A DNA stretch of 54,747 nt, taken from positions 1 to 54,747 of the IMG/VR virus record IMGVR_UViG_3300017910_000157; one strand, 5' to 3'. The translations under genes and the position numbers were made by a program. This stretch comes from a virus (lineage: Duplodnaviria; Caudoviricetes). Below the pieces are notes generated by a model. It had not been told where the DNA came from. It saw nothing but the letters and a program-made list of their open reading frames with translations, and did no database searches. Below are positions 18,224 to 26,937 of this stretch, in pieces. Position 1 is the first letter of the stretch, and each line of letters opens with the position of its first letter.

Positions 18224-18298
18224 ATACCAGTTATCTCTCTAGTAGTTCGCTCATACATACAAGTCTACCTATACCAGTTATCTCTCTAGTAGTTCGCT
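18224..18298. repeat. Two perfect 28-bp direct repeats with a 19-bp spacer
   Basis: ATACCAGTTATCTCTCTAGTAGTTCGCT at 18224-18251 and 18271-18298. Confidence 0.9.
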
Positions 18299-18648
18299 TT
18301 TTTAGTAATGTAACTTTTTGTGTAACCATTTTTCCCATAATGTAACTTTTTTAAATCGCATAAGATATTGTTTTATTTATATTGTTACTTTGTAACCTCT
18401 TTTAAACACACAGACTACGTAAGAGAACTCTCGACAAGAAAAAGCATATTCCTCCCTCGAAGCACAATCCAAAATTACCCCCTCACAGTGTCCTCAGAAA
18501 AGGTTACAAAGTAACATTGCTTTATTATCAGACACTTAAGCGGTTTTAAAAAGTTACATAATAGGTACTATAGGTACATTGTAGTGTTAGTAGTGTTACT
18601 AACAGTATATGTCTGTGTTTGATCCATATACCTTGATATATGCAACGC

Positions 18649-18677
18649 TTGACAAACACATACATATATAGTATAAT
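18649..18677 (+). promoter_or_regulatory. Early sigma70 promoter P2
   Basis: TTGACA-17 bp-TATAAT, perfect consensus. Confidence 0.9.
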
Positions 18678-18711
18678 GTAGGCACATTCAAAAGACAGGA
18701 GTATACGTTCA

Positions 18712-18990
18712 ATGTTACAAAAACTAATCAAGGCCTTTCGACTGTTAGTGACCCCACTAACACCATCGTCGGAACTGGCATATCAGGTATCTAGACAGAA
18801 AGCTGTCTGTGTCGATTGCGGTTCTGCATACGACATACGCCGTTACTATCTCGGCTACCCTCTTTGCCTAGATTGTGGAGAGACGTCTGCACGAGAAGTA
18901 AAACACTGCATAGTCCCGCTGCACAAGGGCAACTACACTGTGATCACTCGCAAGTCAGACTTGCTACATCTAAACCAGAAGCCAAACTAG
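18712..18990 (+). CDS. C4 zinc-finger protein (DksA/TraR-like finger)
   Basis: CVDC-x15-CLDC; AGGAG RBS upstream. Confidence 0.6.
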   Translation: MLQKLIKAFRLLVTPLTPSSELAYQVSRQKAVCVDCGSAYDIRRYYLGYPLCLDCGETSAREVKHCIVPLHKGNYTVITRKSDLLHLNQKPN

Positions 18991-19006
18991 AAGGAGTGTT
19001 AGTAAA

Positions 19007-19243
19007 ATGACTAACAAAGAAGACACCGTTATAACGGATCTAGCCACTGATCTAATCATAGAGATACGTGCACTTATGAGAGACGCATATTTGCACGGGT
19101 TCAACGCTAGTCGTGAAGGCTACAATTCTGAGTATCCATTCAGTGACAATAATTGGAAGCCTGACTGTCAGTCTGACTGGATCGAGAGAAGAGACAACGT
19201 AGTCACACAAATACTAAAAACTGGAAGTGGAGAAATTCAATGA
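19007..19243 (+). CDS. Hypothetical early protein
   Basis: AAGGAG RBS; GF.AS.EGYN.EY motif. Confidence 0.65.
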   Translation: MTNKEDTVITDLATDLIIEIRALMRDAYLHGFNASREGYNSEYPFSDNNWKPDCQSDWIERRDNVVTQILKTGSGEIQ

Positions 19244-20166
19244 ACATGCAAACCATAAACCCAACATCAACGGCTGTTAGTAAAGCTACTAACATAGACA
19301 ACTATGCCTCTCTCAGTTCGTCAACGTCACTTGTAGAGTTGTCTATCGGACAATCCACTGGACGCAAGAAAGACAAGCGCGCATCCGAAGAATTGTGTGA
19401 TACCAAGGGCGCAAGTAAGAAAGCTGCGGCTGTACACAAACGTCTGTTCGGGGAGTGCGATGAGTTGGACGCTATCCAAAAATGCGTGTCTGCAGCGAGA
19501 CGTACACATGAGTTTATGACTGTGCCTTGGGGCAACCTTGGTCAACGCATGCTCACAACTATGCAGCGTCCGAAGTACATCGAAGAGATGACTGGTTTTC
19601 AGAATGAGTTTCACAAACTTGTCGAGGAGTTTGGTCAGGCACATCCAACCATTCTCAAAAACGTGTCTCAGGAACTGGGCGCACTGTATGACCCCAACGA
19701 TTACGAAGATTGGTATACACTACGCAATAGGTTCCGCTTTACTTTGCGTCATTGGCCTACACCCGACACAGGTGACATTCGCACTGATTTACCGAAACAA
19801 GCGTTGGAAGAGATGAAGGCTGACATGGAAGCCGCGATACAAGAGAATCTTGTAACAGCAAACAACAACCTATGGCAGCGGCTGTCTAAGGTTTGCAAGA
19901 ACATGTCTGCACGACTAGAGCCAACCACCGACGGAAAGAAGCAACGTTTCAATGACACACTTGTCTCTAACGTCGAGGACATGGTGGAGTTGATGCGTAC
20001 TCTTAACGTTACCAATGATCCACAAATGACACAGACCGCAAATCGGATCGAAGATGTGCTGCGGGGAATCACCCCTGATGCACTTCGTGAAGACGAGTAT
20101 ATGCGAGATGAAACCAAACGCGAGATTGATGACGTACTCGCATCACTACCCAACTTAGACATCTAA
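19240..20166 (+). CDS. DUF3150-like protein
   Basis: L.I..STGRKKD, HKRLF and TVPWG..G.R motifs; helical; upstream of an AAA+VWA pair, the usual DUF3150 context. Confidence 0.55.
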   Translation: MNMQTINPTSTAVSKATNIDNYASLSSSTSLVELSIGQSTGRKKDKRASEELCDTKGASKKAAAVHKRLFGECDELDAIQKCVSAARRTHEFMTVPWGNLGQRMLTTMQRPKYIEEMTGFQNEFHKLVEEFGQAHPTILKNVSQELGALYDPNDYEDWYTLRNRFRFTLRHWPTPDTGDIRTDLPKQALEEMKADMEAAIQENLVTANNNLWQRLSKVCKNMSARLEPTTDGKKQRFNDTLVSNVEDMVELMRTLNVTNDPQMTQTANRIEDVLRGITPDALREDEYMRDETKREIDDVLASLPNLDI

Positions 20167-20218
20167 TCGTTAGTGAAAACACTAACACAATTCAAACCAT
20201 AAACAGGAGAACAAAATT

Positions 20219-21328
20219 ATGGTAAACTTTAACAACACCGCTTCATTCATGCATGCACAAGACTTGGATAGCTGCGTGAATTGTATCGCTGCACTTGGGC
20301 ATCAAACTACATACATGTTGCAGGGTGACATAGGTAACGGCAAGTCAGCTACACGGCATATGCTCAAGAAGATGTTTCCTAATCACAGAGTGTTCTATCT
20401 TGATTGCACCACAAAAGATGTGGGTGATCTGATGCTGCCGAAGATCATGGAGATGGACGAGAACGATCAGTTTGTGCGCTACGTACCAAACGAAGAGATT
20501 GGTCTGCATATGAACGGACCAGTCATTATCATGGTCGATGAGTTTGGCAAGGCAAACAAGTCTGTGCAGAACGCACTGCTATGTCTCATGTACGAGCGCA
20601 TGATGGGTAGCCACACATTGCACCCTGATACCATCGTCTACGCTACGACTAACCTTGGTTCAGAAGGTGTCGGTGACTTGCTTCCTCCACATACACGTAA
20701 CCGTATGGTTGTGTTGACTGTGAAGAAATGGAACGCTGAACAGTGGATCGGTTGGGGTATCAACAATGGTATTGACCACAACGTCTTGTTGTTTGCGAAA
20801 GAACATCCAGAGATCTTTCATTCATTTACAGAAACACCTGACCCCGAAAGCAACGAGTATATATTTCATCCGAAGGTACAACGTGCAGCATTCATCACTC
20901 CAAGATCATTGGAGAATGCATCACATATTGTGAAGGTTCGAGATAGGCTTGGCAAGAGTGCAACCACAGCGTCACTGATCGGGTGTCTTGGTGATCGCGG
21001 TGGTCTAGACTTGTCTGCACAGCTTTCGTTAGCAGATCAACTAACACCACTGGATGAGATTAAGAACAATCCAAATACTGCAACAGTCCCAACCAATGCG
21101 GCAGCTATCTGTATGATTATCTATCGTACACTGTCCAACATTGATCGGTCATGGATTGATGCATGGATGGACTACTTCAACCGCCTACCTGCCGAAGCAC
21201 AGGGTATGTTCGTGAACGGTGTCTATGCAGAGAAGTTTGACGAGAAGAAAAGAGCTATGATCTGCTCTAACCGTAAGTTCACAGACTTCACTATGGCAAA
21301 CCCTCACCTTCATGCGGCAGATGTGTAA
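20219..21328 (+). CDS. MoxR-like AAA+ ATPase
   Basis: Walker A GDIGNGKS, Walker B IIMVDE, sensor ATTN, NR finger, TPRS motif. Confidence 0.85.
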   Translation: MVNFNNTASFMHAQDLDSCVNCIAALGHQTTYMLQGDIGNGKSATRHMLKKMFPNHRVFYLDCTTKDVGDLMLPKIMEMDENDQFVRYVPNEEIGLHMNGPVIIMVDEFGKANKSVQNALLCLMYERMMGSHTLHPDTIVYATTNLGSEGVGDLLPPHTRNRMVVLTVKKWNAEQWIGWGINNGIDHNVLLFAKEHPEIFHSFTETPDPESNEYIFHPKVQRAAFITPRSLENASHIVKVRDRLGKSATTASLIGCLGDRGGLDLSAQLSLADQLTPLDEIKNNPNTATVPTNAAAICMIIYRTLSNIDRSWIDAWMDYFNRLPAEAQGMFVNGVYAEKFDEKKRAMICSNRKFTDFTMANPHLHAADV

Positions 21329-21356
21329 TGGAAGCTGCACACTTGGAGGAAGAATA

Positions 21357-21536
21357 GTGAGCGACGAATATATAAAGGCTCTCGAACACTGGGCCAAGTG
21401 TTTTCGCAGCGGACTAGCCGACGATCAGTTTGCAGATGAAATAGCCTACTTGCTTGAAGACAAGGCACACGATCTCAAACTAGCTAAACAGGAGGTAACT
21501 GATGATGGATTGGTATCTGATGAAAGAGAACGGTGA
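21357..21536 (+). CDS. Hypothetical early protein
   Basis: GGAGGA RBS before GTG 21357. Confidence 0.55.
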   Translation: MSDEYIKALEHWAKCFRSGLADDQFADEIAYLLEDKAHDLKLAKQEVTDDGLVSDERER

Positions 21537-21657
21537 CACGTTCTGGACGCAATGTGAGAGCCGTGAACAGGCTCTTGCAGACGCCGCTATGTGGGGTGCC
21601 GAGCTAATTCGGCAAGCCAACATTGTAGAAGCTGCACACTTAGAAGAGGAGGAGTGA
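21502..21657 (+). CDS. 51-aa hypothetical protein
   Basis: Not in the ORF track. AGGAGG RBS; MMDWYLMKENGDTFW...HLEEEE; TGATG coupling to the next gene. Confidence 0.55.
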   Translation: MMDWYLMKENGDTFWTQCESREQALADAAMWGAELIRQANIVEAAHLEEEE

Positions 21658-21779
21658 TGTTGGCACGTAACTCGACCAATTTTAAGTGTAGTATCTGTAA
21701 AGCCCCTGCACTTTGTAGTCACCGCAACCAATGGTGGTGCGCGGTATGCTGGCTAAACTTTTTCAAGAAGGAGAAATAA
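21657..21779 (+). CDS. 40-aa zinc-finger peptide
   Basis: GAGGAGGAG RBS; CSIC...WCAVC. Confidence 0.55.
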   Translation: MLARNSTNFKCSICKAPALCSHRNQWWCAVCWLNFFKKEK

Positions 21780-21781
21780 TT

Positions 21782-23056
21782 ATGATAGACAGACTTATAC
21801 TCACAGGAAATCTCACACTAGATCAGCGTATGCACAAGAACGTGATGCGCCTTATGAGAGATGCGCCTGAGATCGCAGCGATACTCGTAATCGGTGATCG
21901 TGAGATTATAGACGACGATGCAACAGCGTGTACAAATGGTCGTGACGAGTGGTATAGTCGAGCCTTTTGCGACAAACAAAACGATGGACAACTAAGGTTC
22001 ATTATCATCCACGAAAACTACCACAAGATGTTCAGACATCTTATCACATGGGCGCATCTGTGGGAGATTGATCCGCAACTTGCAAACATGGCTATGGACT
22101 TCGTGATCAATTACATAATTTGGGATACGTATGGTGAAACTGATCTGGTCGATTGGCCCGAAGGTGGTCTGTACAACCCTATGTTTGCAGAGTGGGATAC
22201 AGCGCGTGTGTTCTGGTATCTACACAAAAGAAAGAACACACCCGACTTCCCGGCAAACGTACATCCCAAGACAGGGACAAGTACACCTGTTAGTGGAGAC
22301 ACTAACGACATTGCCACTGGTGTCGATACTAATAAACCATTCCGCGACAAGCACGACTTTGAAGGCGCGAAAGATATGCCATCTAAAGACAAGAAAGATC
22401 TAGAAAAAGAGATCGACGAAGCTAATCGTCAGGGTCAGCTTGTGGCAGGTAAACTTGCGGGTAAGACTGGAGTTGATAACACCAAACACCTTAAAGATTT
22501 ACTTAAACCTGTGGTAGATTTTCGTGAACAAATCAGAGAGTTCGTTACAACCAACTGCAATGGCAAAGACTTTGGTACGTGGAGAAAGTTGAACAGAAGA
22601 TACATTGGTTCGGGCATTATGATGCCATCTACTATCAGTGAGACTGTCGAGGCTCTCGTATGTGCAGGAGATATGTCTGCATCTATTGGCAACAAAGAGC
22701 GGCAGATAATCATCGGTGCAACAGCAAAGGCCGCACAAGATGTTTTGCCCGAAGAGATGCATGTGCTGTATTGGACAACTGAGGTAACTGGTGCAGAGAA
22801 GTATGAGCGCGATGAGTTGGATACTATTGAAGATCAAACAAAACCAGTCGGGTTTGGTGGCACTGATCCACGTTGCATCCCTGCGTATCTGCGAGAACAT
22901 CAAATCAAACCTAATGCAAGCATCGTTGCCACAGATGGACACATCTGTGACTGGGGCGAGTGGGATCATCCGGTGTTGTGGGTGATCATTGACAACAAAA
23001 AATGCATACCGCCAGTCGGCAAGTATGTGCATGTAAGTTCAGGAGACTTAGTATGA
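21782..23056 (+). CDS. DUF2201-type HExxH metallopeptidase + VWA domain protein
   Basis: TACTNG, HENYH, N.AMD..IN; MIDAS DMSAS, GGTD, TDG; AAGGAG RBS before ATG 21782. Confidence 0.85.
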   Translation: MIDRLILTGNLTLDQRMHKNVMRLMRDAPEIAAILVIGDREIIDDDATACTNGRDEWYSRAFCDKQNDGQLRFIIIHENYHKMFRHLITWAHLWEIDPQLANMAMDFVINYIIWDTYGETDLVDWPEGGLYNPMFAEWDTARVFWYLHKRKNTPDFPANVHPKTGTSTPVSGDTNDIATGVDTNKPFRDKHDFEGAKDMPSKDKKDLEKEIDEANRQGQLVAGKLAGKTGVDNTKHLKDLLKPVVDFREQIREFVTTNCNGKDFGTWRKLNRRYIGSGIMMPSTISETVEALVCAGDMSASIGNKERQIIIGATAKAAQDVLPEEMHVLYWTTEVTGAEKYERDELDTIEDQTKPVGFGGTDPRCIPAYLREHQIKPNASIVATDGHICDWGEWDHPVLWVIIDNKKCIPPVGKYVHVSSGDLV

Positions 23057-23145
23057 AAATTGATAGACAAGACTGGATAATCTTTGCCTTAGTGGTCATC
23101 ATGGCGGCTGTGTTTGTTACGCTGGTAAGTTGGGGTGTGATATAA
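23053..23145 (+). CDS. 30-aa membrane peptide
   Basis: AGGAG RBS, ATGA overlap; WIIFALVVIMAAVFVTLVSW. Confidence 0.5.
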   Translation: MKIDRQDWIIFALVVIMAAVFVTLVSWGVI

Positions 23146-23148
23146 ACG

Positions 23149-23388
23149 ATGATTGAGTTTATCACGATATTGTTCATCGACTATGAGGTTCCAGAATACA
23201 ATATGGCTCCAATGGCAAGTGTGGTCTATGCAAAAGAAGACCACTGCCAACAAGCAATGGATAGGGGTCTAGCTGACCCCATCTACGACCACCTTATGGA
23301 TTTGTACGGTAACGACATGATGATGTGGTGTCATGTAACAGATCAAGTGTCAGTGTATGTTAGACCGAGGGCGAGACCAGATGGCTAA
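23149..23388 (+). CDS. Hypothetical protein
   Basis: 79 aa, two Cys, C-terminal RP.ARP. Confidence 0.6.
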   Translation: MIEFITILFIDYEVPEYNMAPMASVVYAKEDHCQQAMDRGLADPIYDHLMDLYGNDMMMWCHVTDQVSVYVRPRARPDG

Positions 23389-23518
23389 CAAAAAGAAGAA
23401 GGGCCAGATGAAACAAAGAAGACGTCTGGCAGATATGTGTATGTACAAAGCGCAAAAAGAAACTGTTAGTAAAACGACTAACAAAAAGAAAATCAAAAAG
23501 GAGAACAACAATGGGTAA
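23381..23518 (+). CDS. 45-aa Lys/Arg-rich peptide
   Basis: Not in the ORF track. MANKKKKGQMKQRRRLADMCMYK...; overlaps both neighbours and fills the gap. Confidence 0.5.
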   Translation: MANKKKKGQMKQRRRLADMCMYKAQKETVSKTTNKKKIKKENNNG

Positions 23519-24389
23519 CTTTACAAGCACAACATACTGCCCTGTCAATGAATTGGATCACACACCAGATAGCAAAAATCATCTACAAGACCATGGGACG
23601 CGCGTGTTCCGCGAGCGCGTTGAGAAAGAGATGAAATGCAAGACTTGTTATCGTGACAGTAAAAGTGCGTGGGTCTATCGTGAAGGTGACAGTTTTACAC
23701 TTGGCTACCTTGGTTTCATGGATAAAACCCGCAATAGTGTAAAAAACAACACTAAGTATACGTGTGTGTCTAAAAACATCGTCAACTGGAAGTACACCAG
23801 CGGTCAAGATCAACATCATATGGCAGGCTCTACTGATCTAAACAAAGCCGTAAAAAATGCCAAACGCTACTTTCGTCCTTGGTCACCGTTTGAAATTGCA
23901 TCCATCAGCTTTGGGTTACTTCGACGTGCATTTTCTGACGTGCAGTTTGAAGTAGATCAGGCATACTCTACTCAGCTTCAAGAGTTCACAAACTCATTTA
24001 CACAGAAAGGTGACGTGTTCCAAGAGATGGGTCTGCTCCTGTCTAGCAACTACGATTTCAAATATCCGTCAGTGCGTAACATGGTACAGAAGATACACGA
24101 TGCGTTAGATGATGTGAAAGAAAAGAAAAAGCGTGATCCCATACACAAATTTGTATACATACGTGATCGTATGGGGAAACAAGAGGTTGGCACTTTTGAT
24201 ATCGACGCAAGTCAATATTATTTTTCTCCCGAAAAATACAACCCCGAAGATATTACATTCGTAGACGTGTCTGAAATAGATGAAGAGTTGGCTCGTAAAG
24301 TGTCGTCTCTTACTGGCCTAAAACAGAATGGCTACATGGACGGCATTGGTTTTAAGGCAGCAGACAATTGCTACTACGTCACGAAATAA
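23511..24389 (+). CDS. Hypothetical early protein
   Basis: AAGGAG RBS; 292 aa. Confidence 0.75.
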   Translation: MGNFTSTTYCPVNELDHTPDSKNHLQDHGTRVFRERVEKEMKCKTCYRDSKSAWVYREGDSFTLGYLGFMDKTRNSVKNNTKYTCVSKNIVNWKYTSGQDQHHMAGSTDLNKAVKNAKRYFRPWSPFEIASISFGLLRRAFSDVQFEVDQAYSTQLQEFTNSFTQKGDVFQEMGLLLSSNYDFKYPSVRNMVQKIHDALDDVKEKKKRDPIHKFVYIRDRMGKQEVGTFDIDASQYYFSPEKYNPEDITFVDVSEIDEELARKVSSLTGLKQNGYMDGIGFKAADNCYYVTK

Positions 24390-24567
24390 AAAATAAAAAA
24401 ATTTACACGCACCTCCTATAATATGGGGAAGTGCGTGTTATTATGATTATAACGACAATCGCTTCTGCTAAAGTGTGTCGTTACAGAGAGTGTGTCTTAG
24501 GGAAAGCTATCCTTATATAAGCTAAGGCACACTCTCACTTTACCTAACACAGATAAAATAGTAACAT

Positions 24568-24873
24568 ATGTTTGTGGGATTATACTGCAATCATATCGAA
24601 AACAAATCCGATTGTTTATCGTATTTGCAAAACGAAAGCATATATCGTGTTTTCGTCGATCCTATACACCTACATATTGAAATTGTAAATTTTGATGTAT
24701 TTCCTCTTGAAACAGATGTAAAAGACCTGTATATAGATGAAACCGATCTACCAGATTGGATCAAAAGAAAACTATCGGTGCTTCTGTTTTGTGACTGGAA
24801 GCGTAAATCGGTAACAGAGATAGATGGTGTGGGAAGACGTATTGATGAACATACGTTTTGGATATATAAATAA
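24568..24873 (+). CDS. Hypothetical protein
   Basis: LPDWI..KLSVL and GVGRRI motifs. Confidence 0.6.
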   Translation: MFVGLYCNHIENKSDCLSYLQNESIYRVFVDPIHLHIEIVNFDVFPLETDVKDLYIDETDLPDWIKRKLSVLLFCDWKRKSVTEIDGVGRRIDEHTFWIYK

Positions 24874-25152
24874 TTTTGATGCCAGTTTTTTGGATTGGAC
24901 CTCCCTGTGTTCACGAAGGGTTTTCCACACGGACGAGGCGGCGTGTGGTCCGAACCGCCTCACGAAATTAGTTTGCGGCGGGGTTTTCCTTCTTACCCGA
25001 ATTGACACCTTGATGGGCGGTGGAGACCGCGAAGCCCATCGTAACCCCAGTCGGCGGTGGGTGAGATATGTGCCTTCAAAAACACCGACAGCACAGGCGT
25101 TGATCACCTCATACGACATTGGCGTGACTGTGTATTGGGGGGCGTAGTAGAC

Positions 25153-25905
25153 ATGTCTGATATTGGTCAAGAATTAGAAATGTTGAAGAGACGTGCGGTT
25201 TCTGCTCAACGCACAGGTCAACGTCCCCCAACGTCTTTTACTAAAAAACAAAAGCGGAATTATGCAGCCATACATAAAGTAATAGAAATAGATCTTAAGA
25301 AAGCTGACCCTTATGAGCTTGTCACAGATGAATTTCTAGAAACAGCGGACGACTACGAAGATGAATTAACCGCTTACGAGCTGCAGTCCTACGTAGACTC
25401 CATACTTTCCTCTGTAGATGTCTGTGTGTGTAACAATGCGTTTGTCATTCCTGTTGATAAACGTGAAATCCCCGAAGACTATGTGGGAAACGCTGCAGAT
25501 AATAACAGGGGTCATAAGTTCACTTACGAACAAGAAACATTTATGGAAGAATTAGCTCGGAGAAAAGAGCTAAAACGAAAAGCGAAAGAGAAGTCAGATG
25601 CAGCCGCTCGGCACCTTGAAGCGTGTCATAAATATCAGGCTCGGAGGAAAGCGTATAATTTAAAAAGAGCTTTATTAAAGGATTACGCATTCAGACGGTT
25701 TCCAAACAAAGATAGAAGGAGGGCATCAGGTATGAAATACGCAGTTGTATATAACAATCAACCTATACGTGAAACGAACAGTACAGTCATATATTTTAAA
25801 ACGTTACGCGAAGCAAAAGCGGCTAGAGCTAACTTGCTGCTTAAACATGGTTTTCAGCCCGAAGACATAGAAATACTAAAAACATTTGGTAAGGATAACA
25901 TATGA
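25153..25905 (+). CDS. Hypothetical protein
   Basis: Probable ATG at 25153 after a G-rich RBS-like stretch; ATGA overlap with the next gene. Confidence 0.6.
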   Translation: MSDIGQELEMLKRRAVSAQRTGQRPPTSFTKKQKRNYAAIHKVIEIDLKKADPYELVTDEFLETADDYEDELTAYELQSYVDSILSSVDVCVCNNAFVIPVDKREIPEDYVGNAADNNRGHKFTYEQETFMEELARRKELKRKAKEKSDAAARHLEACHKYQARRKAYNLKRALLKDYAFRRFPNKDRRRASGMKYAVVYNNQPIRETNSTVIYFKTLREAKAARANLLLKHGFQPEDIEILKTFGKDNI

Positions 25906-26186
25906 CACCCGAAGCAAAGGTTAAACGTAGGATTACTGCCAAATTAAAGGACATGGGCGCGTACTACTTTTATCCGATGACAGGTGGGTATGGGCGTAGC
26001 GGTGTGCCTGATATTGTTGGTTGCTATAGGGGTATGTTTTTCGGGATCGAAGTTAAGGCAGGGAAGAACAAACCAACAGCTTTACAGATGAGAAATTTAC
26101 AAGAGATAGAAGCGCAAGATGGAATAGCGCTCGTGGTCAATGAAGATAATGTATCTCGTGTAGAGGAGTATCTTAATGGGGGATGA
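25902..26186 (+). CDS. VRR-NUC domain nuclease (resolvase-like)
   Basis: E, G.PD, IEVK and T..Q motifs. Confidence 0.85.
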   Translation: MTPEAKVKRRITAKLKDMGAYYFYPMTGGYGRSGVPDIVGCYRGMFFGIEVKAGKNKPTALQMRNLQEIEAQDGIALVVNEDNVSRVEEYLNGG

Positions 26187-26370
26187 TACAAAATTATCTC
26201 CAGCCGACGAAGCACTTTTGCGTCACCTACGTCAAGAGGTAGATTACTACCAAGATGAAAGTTTAAGGACGCAATTTAGGCACCCGAATGTCAACCAAGA
26301 TTGGGATCGGGCAAGAAGAGAACTCAAAGAGTTTGTAACTAAACTGCGTATCGCAGGAAAAAATGTTTAG
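26176..26370 (+). CDS. Hypothetical protein
   Basis: GAGGAG RBS; ARRELKEFV..LR..G motif. Confidence 0.6.
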   Translation: MGDDTKLSPADEALLRHLRQEVDYYQDESLRTQFRHPNVNQDWDRARRELKEFVTKLRIAGKNV

Positions 26371-26379
26371 GAGAACATA

Positions 26380-26937
26380 ATGGTTAAGAAAGTCAGAACA
26401 ACTAAAGCAGATAAGATTTGGGCCTACAAAGTTAAACACCCAGAGGCGTCTGCAAAAGAGATTGCAAAGGCAACGAAATCATCAGCCGCATATGTATGGA
26501 AGTTGATGGAGAAGATCGGTACGCCAAAAGAGGTGCTAGAAGCGCCGAAAAATGTAGTGATGACTGAACATATGGATCTGACCCAAAAGATTGCAGAGAA
26601 GTACACGATCACTCGTAAAGCGCCAGAGGGCGCAATACCATCCAAGACAACTATGGATGAAATAGAAAGTAGATCACGTAGAGGTATTCTCAGGAAAGCC
26701 GAAACACTTGTATGTAAGGATCGTGCAGAAGAACATGGTGATGCTCACGACAACTTTGCAACAACAGCGAAGTATTGGAATGCACATCTTGGCATTGATT
26801 GGATTGAACCGAGTGACGTTGCTATTATGATGGCAATGCTCAAGATGGCTAGACTGCGTTCTAAATTAGAAAACGTAGAAAACTATCAAGATGCCTGTGG
26901 TTATATGGCACTGGGCGGCGAGATGCGTCCAAAGTGA
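26380..26937 (+). CDS. N-terminal HTH-like domain + DUF6378-like domain
   Basis: SAKEIAKATKSS..YV HTH pattern; R...HGD...NF...A..W...K.AR...D..GY. Confidence 0.65.
   Translation: MVKKVRTTKADKIWAYKVKHPEASAKEIAKATKSSAAYVWKLMEKIGTPKEVLEAPKNVVMTEHMDLTQKIAEKYTITRKAPEGAIPSKTTMDEIESRSRRGILRKAETLVCKDRAEEHGDAHDNFATTAKYWNAHLGIDWIEPSDVAIMMAMLKMARLRSKLENVENYQDACGYMALGGEMRPK

Noticed and set aside
18224-18298. CRISPR array
   Set aside because: Only two repeats, a 19-bp spacer, no palindrome or typical repeat end, and no cas operon
17400-23482. Integron attC sites or recombinase sites
   Set aside because: Arms are in GTT...AAC order, do not fit GTTRRRY, lie inside genes, and no recombinase is encoded
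24772-25170. ORFs 24824-25147(+), 24772-25170(-) and the 25057 start
   Set aside because: No clear RBS and atypical composition; better explained by GC-rich structured RNA
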